Virus record (IMG/VR): IMGVR_UViG_3300045988_023625
Coordinates: 1 to 43,309 of that record
Length of the DNA stretch: 43,309 nucleotides
Reading direction: 5' to 3' (one strand)
DNA from: a virus
Each line of letters opens with the position of its first letter. The stretch's first letter is position 1. A model generated the notes under the pieces. The model saw nothing but the letters and a program-made list of their open reading frames with translations. It had not been told where the DNA came from and ran no database searches. The translations under genes and the position numbers were made by a program. Shown piece after piece: positions 8,894 through 16,697 of this stretch.

Positions 8894-9439
8894 GCCCAAC
8901 CACGCATTGATTATGTCGTTTTCTTCTTCTGTCATCGGCTTTTTTAGATCAACAAGCCGCCTGTTTTCTCTGTAAAATTCTCTATCCGACTTGTCAAGCG
9001 TTTTCCCCTTTGCTTTCAAGCTGCGGATTCTCACAATGTTTGCAAACAGGCAATCACCGATTTCGTAGTACGCAGATACAAATGACCACCAGTGAAAGTA
9101 AGGCATTGCGCGCACTTCCTGTCCCACAACGCGGTTGATAGGAGCCACAATGTATTGGAAGTCTTGTTCCCAGTCCATCAGTTTTGGGCGCTTTCTGTTG
9201 TCACCCTCATCTCCGCAGTCGAGGAACCACGTCATTTGCTTCACGGCTTCTGGAATGTGCTCATCCGGCATTTTTAAGAAGTCCGGATAAAAGATATCCA
9301 GCGCCGCAATCACTTTTTGCTCGTTGGTCAGATCGACCGCAGCAAATACCGACAGCACGTCCAGTGCCGCGCGATAGTCTGAGCGGATAGCATACTCAAC
9401 GCCGCAGACATTCAGCGACGTCGGAAGTTCATACATCAT
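8870..9439 (-). CDS. Phage Gp15-family tail assembly protein
   Basis: 189 aa. The N-terminal pattern GVEYAIRSDYRAALDVL...DLTNEQKVIAALDIFYPDF matches my memory of the Bacteriophage Gp15 family. It lies directly upstream of the TMP. Confidence 0.65.
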   Translation of the reverse strand: MMYELPTSLNVCGVEYAIRSDYRAALDVLSVFAAVDLTNEQKVIAALDIFYPDFLKMPDEHIPEAVKQMTWFLDCGDEGDNRKRPKLMDWEQDFQYIVAPINRVVGQEVRAMPYFHWWSFVSAYYEIGDCLFANIVRIRSLKAKGKTLDKSDREFYRENRRLVDLKKPMTEEENDIINAWLGKKTPDAK

Positions 9440-9861
9440 TTTTTGTACTTCTGCGTATACTTACGGATTTTTTCGTCTGCAAGTGCCTGCTCCCGCTTGG
9501 TCGCTTCGTCAAACTGGTCAATGATGGCATTCATAAAGTTCTGCCATACCGGAGCGCCGTTTGCTGCGGAATAAGCATTTACCGACCCAAAAAGCGTATC
9601 CGCAATATCCTGCTCGAACAAATCGTTGATGATGTCGCGCATCTCCCTGTCGATGGAATCCACCATGTCAAAGAGCTCGTCGCCCGGCTCGGTTGTATCG
9701 AGCTTTGACACTCTCTCTTCCTGCTTTTTTCGCAAATCATTGAATACGCGGTACGCTTTCTTTGCGAAATTTACGTCCGCAGGGTTGAAATGCACGGTCA
9801 CAATACCGTTTACACCTCGAATGGTGTATTCTTTTACGCCAGAATCAAAGCTGAGTTCCAT
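9436..9861 (-). CDS. Tail assembly chaperone
   Basis: Start MELSFDSG at 9861 after a GGAGGTAAGT RBS. Acidic 141-aa protein between the major tail and Gp15/TMP genes. Ends in an A6 run just before its stop. Confidence 0.6.
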   Translation of the reverse strand: MELSFDSGVKEYTIRGVNGIVTVHFNPADVNFAKKAYRVFNDLRKKQEERVSKLDTTEPGDELFDMVDSIDREMRDIINDLFEQDIADTLFGSVNAYSAANGAPVWQNFMNAIIDQFDEATKREQALADEKIRKYTQKYKK

Positions 9862-9906
9862 ACTTACCTCCGAAATGAGGGCTGACAAACGCCAGCCCTC
9901 TTTGAT

Positions 9907-10428
9907 TTAGTCCTCTGTAAACGTAACAGTGCCGCCGGAAATGGACGCAGTGCCCGTTTTGCGCGTGCCGCCAAGCGTCACGTCGATAGGCATACCGATA
10001 AAGCCGCCGCCCTCGCCGCCGAGGGAAGAGGGTTTGACCATGCAGGACGAATAGCGCTCCGCAAAGACTGCCGTATTCGCCGTGCCTGCATAAGCGTGGA
10101 CGATCAGCACGTCCTGATTTGCCAGCGCCGCCGCGTTCTGCTCCTTGACCGCGAGATTCCACACCTTGACGATGGCAGGGTCGCCAGCGTCGAGATTGGA
10201 CGGGTCAAAGGTCTGCGTGATAATGGGTTTCTTCATGGTCGTGCGCGTCGTGCCGAGAATGTCCTTCGAGGAATCCTCCTGCCAGTCATACTCCATGCTG
10301 GAATCCGTGACGCGCGTACCGAGGGGCGACCACGTTGGAGTTCCGGTTTCGCCCGTGTTCAGTAACGCGATCAGAAGTTCGCGGTCTACGGTCTGCCCCG
10401 CCGTGGTGTTAAAGGTCGTATCATCCAT
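9907..10428 (-). CDS. Major tail protein
   Basis: 173-aa beta-rich ORF between the head-tail joining genes and the chaperone. No sheath gene is present, which indicates a siphovirus tail. Confidence 0.65.
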   Translation of the reverse strand: MDDTTFNTTAGQTVDRELLIALLNTGETGTPTWSPLGTRVTDSSMEYDWQEDSSKDILGTTRTTMKKPIITQTFDPSNLDAGDPAIVKVWNLAVKEQNAAALANQDVLIVHAYAGTANTAVFAERYSSCMVKPSSLGGEGGGFIGMPIDVTLGGTRKTGTASISGGTVTFTED

Positions 10429-10876
10429 TTTTAATCACCTCGTAGTTCATTTTCATAAGGATTTGGTGATCCTCGTCGCCGTTTTCATACACGGCGAAAA
10501 GAGAGGATCGCGTTGTCGGTTCAATGCGGATGACTTTTCGACCGTCCCCGATGGAGGGCGGCTTTTCGCTTGCCGCCCAATCGCCAAGGGCATTGAGCGT
10601 TTCATCTGCCTTGAGCCGTTTGTCGTTGCTATTCCCCGGCTTCATGCGGTAGATAACCTTGAATTGGTATTCCGCCTGATACCCGCCGAGAATGTATTTC
10701 TTGACGATATACGCCGCCTGAATCGTAGACAGCGCCATCGCCGGAGTATCGGCGGGAAGAAATTCGAATCGAATCAAATCAACCGGCTTGTCAGGGAATG
10801 TGTTTAACCACGCAAGCAGCTTGCGGGAGACCTGATCTTCTTCCGCCGCCGAAACCGTCTTTTTAATCTTTTCCAA
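10421..10876 (-). CDS. Head-tail joining / tail terminator-like protein (minor capsid protein family)
   Basis: 151-aa ORF. The call rests on synteny with SPP1-like gene order. Confidence 0.5.
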   Translation of the reverse strand: MEKIKKTVSAAEEDQVSRKLLAWLNTFPDKPVDLIRFEFLPADTPAMALSTIQAAYIVKKYILGGYQAEYQFKVIYRMKPGNSNDKRLKADETLNALGDWAASEKPPSIGDGRKVIRIEPTTRSSLFAVYENGDEDHQILMKMNYEVIKNG

Positions 10877-11315
10877 ATTTCTTCACCGCCTTATCTGCTA
10901 CACGCACCCACTTATCAAGGTTTTGCGCCTTAGATGCTTCAAACCAATGTGCTTGTGCTTGCGGATGCATCGCCTTGTTGAATACTAAGTTTCGGTCTGT
11001 GACCACTTTCGTTCCGCCCTTCGGCGCGTATGTGCTGCCGGTGTTTGGGTCAACCATTACTTTTCCGTAATACAGAAAACGGGCATACGGACCGGGATAA
11101 ACGATGACACTTCCGCCGGATGGTCCATAATCGCCAGCGGTATATCCATCAATTCGCGTCCTGTTTGCCAAACTACCGGTTAACGCGGGAACAAACGGGT
11201 CTGTATCTGCCCGTATTTGTTGAGCAAGAATGTGTTCAGCCTTGCTGCAACCTTGCGCCAGCTTTTCCCTGAGCGCGTCCATGCCCTCGGTATGCACCGT
11301 GAATTTCAGCGCCAT
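10863..11315 (-). CDS. Head-tail joining protein (HK97 gp10 / minor-capsid-2-like)
   Basis: Start MALKFTVHTEG at 11315. Contains the motif PFVPALTGSLANRT ... YARFLYYGKVMVDP. Confidence 0.55.
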   Translation of the reverse strand: MALKFTVHTEGMDALREKLAQGCSKAEHILAQQIRADTDPFVPALTGSLANRTRIDGYTAGDYGPSGGSVIVYPGPYARFLYYGKVMVDPNTGSTYAPKGGTKVVTDRNLVFNKAMHPQAQAHWFEASKAQNLDKWVRVADKAVKKFGKD

Positions 11316-11316
11316 A

Positions 11317-11766
11317 TCAGGCCCCTCCGCACTCGAAATGCTGCATATCGGTGCTACCGTAGTCCATTGCATCAACCTTCGTCACGTTGTAGCAATCGTC
11401 ATGGCTCAGAACGACAGTCATGTTGTCCGACACGAATTTGCCCTTTACAAAGCACGTCATGCCACCGTTACCCTTGTATGAGAGCGTCCATAAGTTAGAC
11501 TTATCCGCCGCTTTGAAAAACGATTGCGGGCCGATGTAGTTTTTCGGCTTACCTGTTACCCCGTCCACCGCTTCCACGGAGAACGGGATATACAGATTTA
11601 CAGCGTCAGCACCTTCAAGGCCGCTTTCACGCACGTTCACGCCTTTAGACGCTTGGAGCATCACACCGCGTAAAATCGTGGTGTATACCTTTTCAACCTC
11701 ATCAAGAGTTGTCGGGTCGATCTCCTGCACGATGTTGTAAATCGTTACAGTGTGGGGAGCGTACAT
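11317..11766 (-). CDS. Head closure / head-tail adaptor protein
   Basis: 149-aa ORF between the connector and joining proteins. Confidence 0.5.
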   Translation of the reverse strand: MYAPHTVTIYNIVQEIDPTTLDEVEKVYTTILRGVMLQASKGVNVRESGLEGADAVNLYIPFSVEAVDGVTGKPKNYIGPQSFFKAADKSNLWTLSYKGNGGMTCFVKGKFVSDNMTVVLSHDDCYNVTKVDAMDYGSTDMQHFECGGA

Positions 11767-12182
11767 CTATACACACCTCCGCGATACAGCAGCCCGGTAT
11801 GTGCAAGGTATTCCATGCACGTTTCTGCCAGCAGTTTCTTTGCCCCGTCCGTCGCATTGAGGGCAGACAAAGCAGATTCCCCGCCCGTTGCAAGTGTTCT
11901 GGAATAGCTGCCTACCGTCTCGCTCTTGACTTCCGCATCACCAACGGCAGCGTTGGCGAGATTCTTTTGCGCCAGCGCCTGTGCCGTCTCGATAACTGCG
12001 TACTTGTCCACAAGGGCACAGCAGCACATCTTGACCGCATCCAGATTGGCGTTATCCGCTGCCTTGTTGCGCGTGTAGTAGTCGAGGAAGGAGCTGGCGC
12101 GGACAACAAGACGCGGGAAGTCATTTTCACTCACAGCGCCCATATAGGTACCGGTGTAGTATGTATAATCAGCGTATGTCAT
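11745..12182 (-). CDS. Head-tail connector (gp6-like DNA-packaging/connector protein)
   Basis: 145 aa. The start MTYADYTYYTGTYMG...FPRLVVRASSFLDYYT is typical of the phage gp6-like connector family. It lies directly after the capsid gene. Confidence 0.65.
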   Translation of the reverse strand: MTYADYTYYTGTYMGAVSENDFPRLVVRASSFLDYYTRNKAADNANLDAVKMCCCALVDKYAVIETAQALAQKNLANAAVGDAEVKSETVGSYSRTLATGGESALSALNATDGAKKLLAETCMEYLAHTGLLYRGGVYRCTLPTL

Positions 12183-12202
12183 ACGGGTCAGCTCCTTTCA
12201 GA

Positions 12203-13414
12203 TTAAGAAACGGTAACAGTGGCAGTGCCGGTCTTCGTGCTGTCCTGCTTGGACTTGGCCGTAACGGTGATACTGGTCTTAGTCTCAGCGGAGTCGATAG
12301 TCAGCAAGCCGTCTTCGCTGATTTTGGACTTCGTGCCATTCTGGCTCCACTCGACCTCGCCGTTGATAATGCCCTCGCCGGTAACAGCAGCAGTAAACGA
12401 CTTGCTGTCGCCCTTTGCCATCGTCGCGGTAGCGGGCGAGACGGTAACAGCAGAGATGTCGCCGCCCTTGCCGTAAACAGAGAACGGGAACGGATTTGCC
12501 TTTTCTGCATTGTAGGCGTTGATGGGGTTCGCAATCTCCCAGCCCAGACGCATGACCGCACGCAGCGCGACCATATCGTTCTGCATGAGGTTGTATGTGA
12601 TAGCCTTCGTGGTGGGGTCCTGAATAACGCCCTCGGTGAAGATCTTGAAGGTCATGTCCTGACGAATGGCATAAACCAGCTGGCTCCAGTCACCCACAAT
12701 CATCTGAGCCTGGGCGGGGTCGAAAGCGCCGTTCATGGGGAAATACATATCCATGCCGTCCAGCCCGTAGCGGGTCGCGCCCTGCATATCGGACTTGAAA
12801 ATGGGCTGTCCGGTGGTGTCCTTCAAACCGCGCAGCTTACCGCGCATCTGGATGGCGGACATGACGCCGTTGGGGTTAAATCCGTCCAGCTCCACCTTGG
12901 CGATCAGCCCGTTCTCGCCCATGATGTCGTCAAAGACGCTGGCCCCGACGGGCACACCGTTACCGGCAGCGATAGCAGCGGGTACAACGCCAGTGCGCCA
13001 AGTGCTGGGTTTGTTGGTGCCGAACAGAATAGCCGCGTCAATGACCTTGCCGAAAGCCTCGGTCAGACGGGGCTTGACCTCGCCCCAAATGTCATAGTCC
13101 GCATCATCGAGAGCGGCCTCGGGAATGGGGACGATGACCGCGATCTCCTCGGCGTACAGTTTCTTCTTGTCCCACGCCATCTTGGTGGTCTGCTTGAATG
13201 CCTCACCGGCGCCGCCGTCAGTGGCCTCGCCGTTGACGAAATACGCGGAGGGAAGTGCGTCAAGCACGTTGATGGTCTGCGTCTTGCTGGACATATTCGC
13301 CAGCCTGCGGCCCATACGAAGGACAGCAGATTCGGCGATAGCGCCCTGCATGATCTCGCGGGTTACGGGTTCCGGAATAAGGCCGGAAAGTGCGGAACGA
13401 TCAATAGTTGCCAT
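12203..13414 (-). CDS. HK97-fold major capsid protein with a C-terminal Big_2-like Ig domain
   Basis: 403 aa. Capsid-family N-terminal and central region. The C-terminal ~85 aa (VTVSPATATMAKGDSKSFTAAVTGEG...TVTAKSKQDSTKTGTATVTVS) look like a bacterial Ig-like group 2 domain. Confidence 0.85.
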   Translation of the reverse strand: MATIDRSALSGLIPEPVTREIMQGAIAESAVLRMGRRLANMSSKTQTINVLDALPSAYFVNGEATDGGAGEAFKQTTKMAWDKKKLYAEEIAVIVPIPEAALDDADYDIWGEVKPRLTEAFGKVIDAAILFGTNKPSTWRTGVVPAAIAAGNGVPVGASVFDDIMGENGLIAKVELDGFNPNGVMSAIQMRGKLRGLKDTTGQPIFKSDMQGATRYGLDGMDMYFPMNGAFDPAQAQMIVGDWSQLVYAIRQDMTFKIFTEGVIQDPTTKAITYNLMQNDMVALRAVMRLGWEIANPINAYNAEKANPFPFSVYGKGGDISAVTVSPATATMAKGDSKSFTAAVTGEGIINGEVEWSQNGTKSKISEDGLLTIDSAETKTSITVTAKSKQDSTKTGTATVTVS

Positions 13415-13430
13415 TTTTGATTCTCCTTTT

Positions 13431-13928
13431 TTATTTCAGTGCGCCGCGAATCAGACTGTTCATCGCGGCATTATTTGCGTTCGGTTTGTCACCTCCGCCC
13501 GCAGGAGCCGTCCAGTCAAACTTGACTTTCTGACGATTTTCCGTGAGCTTATCAACGGCCTGCTCAAAAGTGGTCTTGTCGTCCATCATCCTGAGAGCCT
13601 TAAACGCGATAAACTCTGCATCATCGCCAGTCAGGCCTTTGGAAAGCACGTACTTATCACGCTTGACCTGTTCAAGCTCAGACTGTGCAGCGGATAAAGC
13701 GCTCTTGCTGTCCGCAAGCTCCTTATCGCGTTTTGCCTGTCGCTCCTGTTCGGTCTGCTGGCCGTCTTTCCAAGTGCGGTATGCAGTGATTTCTTCCTCG
13801 CTGGGGTACTTCTTCCGTTCTCTGTCAAGCCTCGCCTGAATCATCTTGTCAACGTCAGCCTGAGTGAACGTCTTTTCCTGCTCTTGCGCAGTCGTTCCCG
13901 TGCTCTGCACGGTGGTTTCTTCTGCCAT
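13431..13928 (-). CDS. Scaffolding protein
   Basis: 165 aa, charged and coiled-coil (DKMIQARLDRERKKY...), directly upstream of the capsid gene. Confidence 0.75.
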   Translation of the reverse strand: MAEETTVQSTGTTAQEQEKTFTQADVDKMIQARLDRERKKYPSEEEITAYRTWKDGQQTEQERQAKRDKELADSKSALSAAQSELEQVKRDKYVLSKGLTGDDAEFIAFKALRMMDDKTTFEQAVDKLTENRQKVKFDWTAPAGGGDKPNANNAAMNSLIRGALK

Positions 13929-13968
13929 AAAAATCTCCTTGTTTAACGACCTGTCGGTCAGTGTTGAT

Positions 13969-14012
13969 AAAACAAAAGAGCCAACTTGTAAGCGTTCCTT
14001 ACAGGTTGGCTC
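13969..14012 (-). terminator. Strong intrinsic terminator inside the late gene block
   Basis: Minus-strand RNA is GAGCCAACcUGUAAG-GAACG-CUUACAaGUUGGCUC (14 bp, one mismatch; 14012..13978) followed by UUUUGUUUU (13977..13969). Confidence 0.7.
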
Positions 14013-14053
14013 CTATTGCCCTTTCCCGCGTCCAATTACGCGGAAGATGTTAT

Positions 14054-14230
14054 TTACTTATCGTCGATGTGCGGCATTACCGCCGCAAGAATAAACTCTT
14101 TCACACTTACGCCTTGCCGTTCTGCGGCATCGCGTATTTTTTTGCCGATTTCTTTATCCACCCGCACCGTTATGGTGTCCTGTTTTCGGTTGTACTTCGT
14201 GCTTGCCCTTATCTGCGCCTCTGTTGCCAT
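14054..14230 (-). CDS. Ribbon-helix-helix (Arc/CopG-type) DNA-binding protein
   Basis: Start MATEAQIRAS at 14230 after an AAAAGGAGG RBS. The pattern TITVRVDKEIGKKIRDAAERQGVSVKEFILAAV is typical of RHH proteins. Confidence 0.7.
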   Translation of the reverse strand: MATEAQIRASTKYNRKQDTITVRVDKEIGKKIRDAAERQGVSVKEFILAAVMPHIDDK

Positions 14231-14252
14231 GCTGCAATCCTCCTTTTGCAAC

Positions 14253-14361
14253 ATAGTACCACATTCTCTGTAATAAGTCAACTTATACATTTTCAACAAT
14301 TCAATCTGCTATTTCTTGTGGAATATCCCATCTTGAAATATAAGTAAACTTATAGTATCAT
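14253..14361. promoter_or_regulatory. Divergent promoter pair sharing one palindromic operator
   Basis: Minus strand: TTGACT (14281..14276), 17-nt spacer, TACTAT (14258..14253). Plus strand: TTGAAA (14333-14338), 17-nt spacer, TATCAT (14356-14361). Operator ATAAGT-NN-ACTTAT occurs at 14273-14286 and, as TATAAGT-AA-ACTTATA, at 14339-14354. Confidence 0.6.
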
Positions 14362-14411
14362 ATACTCACAAGGAACAAATGTGACAGGCGAAAGCCGGAA
14401 AGGAATTTGAC

Positions 14412-14609
14412 ATGACCGCCGTTGAAGTAAAAGCTTATGAAATTGGCATCAAGGAGGCGCACACGCAGAAGCGGATTATTCCCGCTTGCAAAAGTAACGC
14501 AATGAACGCTTTCATGGCAGAAGTAGGAAACGGCCTGTTGCCTCTTATCAAGGCTTACGATGCGGGAGTTGCTTACGAAATTAATCGACAAACGAAACTC
14601 GGCTTTTAA
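14412..14609 (+). CDS. Small hypothetical protein (moron island)
   Basis: 65-aa ORF with RBS GGAAAGGAA, downstream of the plus-strand promoter. AT-rich by eye. Confidence 0.55.
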   Translation: MTAVEVKAYEIGIKEAHTQKRIIPACKSNAMNAFMAEVGNGLLPLIKAYDAGVAYEINRQTKLGF

Positions 14610-14655
14610 TTCAAAATCCCGCCCCGGAGGTCACGAGGGCAGAAAGGGAAACAAA

Positions 14656-14832
14656 ATGATGAATATTAACTTAAAAACAAGGACGATTAAACTGTCCCGT
14701 CGTGAAGTAATCGACTTACTCCTTATGCTTGATACCAACTACGAAAGCGGAAAGTGGAACGCGTTACACGACAAAATCAAGGAACAGTTGGACATTCAAG
14801 ACAGTAAAGATAACGATTTCCCCGCCCCTTAA
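14656..14832 (+). CDS. Small hypothetical protein (moron island)
   Basis: Start MMNINLKTR at 14656, chosen over the track start at 14560. 58 aa. The stop lies in the loop of the terminator hairpin. Confidence 0.5.
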   Translation: MMNINLKTRTIKLSRREVIDLLLMLDTNYESGKWNALHDKIKEQLDIQDSKDNDFPAP

Positions 14833-14850
14833 CCGGGGCGGTTTTCTTTT
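14822..14850 (+). terminator. Intrinsic terminator of the plus-strand moron genes
   Basis: CCGCCCC (14822-14828) pairs with GGGGCGG (14835-14841), followed by TTTTCTTTT (14842-14850). Confidence 0.7.
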
Positions 14851-14980
14851 ACGTGGAAGTGTATTTGATTGTTTTCTTGACCTCTAAGACAATGTACCCA
14901 TAGCCTTTTCGACGTATCTCTGCGTCGTTGCCGCGCTTCAAAATTGCATCGATTGCCTTTTTGACTTCTTCCCAGTTCAA
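14849..14980 (-). CDS. Possible 43-aa protein with a TTG start coupled to the MuF stop
   Basis: Not in the track because it is under 60 aa. TTG at 14980 overlaps the MuF TGA (TTGA), and an AAGGAG lies 5 nt upstream. Translation: LNWEEVKKAIDAILKRGNDAEIRRKGYGYIVLEVKKTIKYTST. Confidence 0.4.
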   Translation of the reverse strand: MNWEEVKKAIDAILKRGNDAEIRRKGYGYIVLEVKKTIKYTST

Positions 14981-16170
14981 TACAGCTCCTTTGTCCTTTC
15001 CCGTTGCAGCGGCAACCCCGCCGCTTCACTAAAAGCCTTATATTTGGCGATCAGTCTTACAAGTTTCGCTTCTGCGGCATAATATTCGTCCTTTTGCTCG
15101 CTTGCCTTATACGCTGTTACAAGCCTGTCCTGCTTGATAATCTGGCGCTCAACACGCCGTTGCATCTGCGTCGCCTCGTATGCGGTGTATTTCTTCCCGT
15201 CAAACTCGCAGCCGAGATCATCATCAATATGCTCAAGCTGCTCATCTGTATATGTGCGTTCGCTTACGCCCTCAACCCAAACGTTGCGGCGATGGCGGCA
15301 GTTTGCGCCCTCCAGCCCGTCCACAGCGCCAAGGCCGCACACCTCGTAGATGTTCGGGTAGATGTCACCTGCGCGAATACTGTATACCTTGCCTTGCCAA
15401 TCCTTATGGCTCGACCACGGTGACGGCCCCGGCTTATCTCTCGCGCCAGCATGGGCGGAAACCTCGAAATGCGGAGTTTCGAGATACTGCGCCGACTGCT
15501 CCGTATATTTAGCGCAAATTTGATTTACGCCGGTCATCACGGCTCTGCGCACCGCCACATCGATTTGATCTCGATGGCCGCTTTCGTAGTCAACGACCTT
15601 CAAGCCGCTGTCCGCAAGCTGCTTTACCGCCGTCTTGATAGCTTGATTATAGTTGATTGCACCGCTCTGGATTTGCATTGTAGCGTTATCCAGCGCCCAT
15701 TGGTACGCTTTTGCAGGTGAAAGCATCGTCCGCCCAGCGTCTACCAGAAAGCCCATAGATGCGGTTAGGTTGCGGAATGTATCAAGTGTCTGCGTCCTGA
15801 TTGCATCCACCGTGGCAGCATCAACCAGCGTCTTGGGCTGGATGATGTGTGCAAGGTCGATAAGCTCGGTGTAATACTTCTGGTTTCGTTCTACCACATC
15901 GTCCAGCAGCTCTTTCAGCTTCTTTTCACTGATGCCAGTGGTCTTGCGGATTGCCTTTTCGATGTCCTTCAGGTCGATGCCATGCGACCGAAGCGCTTTT
16001 ATATCCTGTACCGTAACCTCGTTGAGCTGATCTGCCAGCTTCAAGCGGCTGCATATCTCGTCAAGCAGCGTATCTTCAAGAGACCGGAACAGCTCCGCCA
16101 GTTCTTCCGGGAGAGCATCCAGTAGTTCAGGAGTAAAAGGATACTTTTTCACGCCTTTTTCTTCTTCCAC
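14977..16170 (-). CDS. Minor head protein, SPP1 gp7 / Mu F family
   Basis: 397 aa. The region HFEVSAHAGARDKPGPSPWSSHKDWQGKVYSI...GANCRHRR resembles the MuF C-terminal core. The track start is a GTG at 16170. A GTG at 16152 that overlaps the upstream stop (GTGA) is an alternative. Confidence 0.8.
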   Translation of the reverse strand: MEEEKGVKKYPFTPELLDALPEELAELFRSLEDTLLDEICSRLKLADQLNEVTVQDIKALRSHGIDLKDIEKAIRKTTGISEKKLKELLDDVVERNQKYYTELIDLAHIIQPKTLVDAATVDAIRTQTLDTFRNLTASMGFLVDAGRTMLSPAKAYQWALDNATMQIQSGAINYNQAIKTAVKQLADSGLKVVDYESGHRDQIDVAVRRAVMTGVNQICAKYTEQSAQYLETPHFEVSAHAGARDKPGPSPWSSHKDWQGKVYSIRAGDIYPNIYEVCGLGAVDGLEGANCRHRRNVWVEGVSERTYTDEQLEHIDDDLGCEFDGKKYTAYEATQMQRRVERQIIKQDRLVTAYKASEQKDEYYAAEAKLVRLIAKYKAFSEAAGLPLQRERTKELY

Positions 16171-16697
16171 TTAAAGGAATATTTAACGCCAGCGGCCTTT
16201 GCAAACTTGGCGTATGCGTTATTTGTCGCTTCCGTTTGTGCTCTTATGCTTGCTTCTCTGGCTTCCTGCACGCTTTTATACTTTCCCGCCTTATAATCAG
16301 CCGATACCTTACTCGCTGCTTCTCTTACGGCGCGGCGCACGGCATTGTGATTATATGCGAGTGTTTCATAAAATCCCTTGTTGTGTGGTCCTGATAATGT
16401 AAACGTTGCATACCGGCTTTCAATTATGATTGCTTTTGCTCCTGATTTTTGCCATGTTTCAATATCTTTCAGGGACGGGACAGGGAGAACACCCTCCGGG
16501 TGGTTGTGTAAAACAATATTCCCTTTATAGTCGGCATCTCCGTATCCTGTATGTTGAGCTGTTCCTTGCTCTTTGTAGAGCAAATCGCCCGATGGAGAGA
16601 ACACAAAAAGATGTTCTTTTTTCAGATTGGCGATTTTTGATCGGGTAGCATTTATTGATGAAAATCCAAAGCTCCCGCTTCCTCCGCGTCCGCCCAT
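16149..16697 (-). CDS. Protein with a RadC/JAB-like HNHP...S..D motif and an N-terminal MGGRGGSG
   Basis: 182 aa with a strong RBS (CGGAGGAAAGCAAA-ATG). The motif is NIVLHNHPEGVLPVPSLKDI; JAMM is HxHx7Sx2D and here the spacer is 8. Lys-rich C-terminus. AT-rich by eye. Confidence 0.5.
   Translation of the reverse strand: MGGRGGSGSFGFSSINATRSKIANLKKEHLFVFSPSGDLLYKEQGTAQHTGYGDADYKGNIVLHNHPEGVLPVPSLKDIETWQKSGAKAIIIESRYATFTLSGPHNKGFYETLAYNHNAVRRAVREAASKVSADYKAGKYKSVQEAREASIRAQTEATNNAYAKFAKAAGVKYSFKWKKKKA

Noticed and set aside
12161-13420. 419-aa plus-strand ORF
   Set aside because: It is exactly antisense to the well-supported major capsid gene. Its composition is Gly/Leu/Arg/Val-rich, typical of the reverse frame of a GC-rich gene. 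It has no RBS and no family resemblance.
14829-15029. 66-aa minus-strand ORF overlapping the MuF 3' end
   Set aside because: It is Arg/Cys-rich and overlaps MuF in another frame. The in-phase TTG-coupled 43-aa ORF (14849..14980) is a more plausible reading of this segment.
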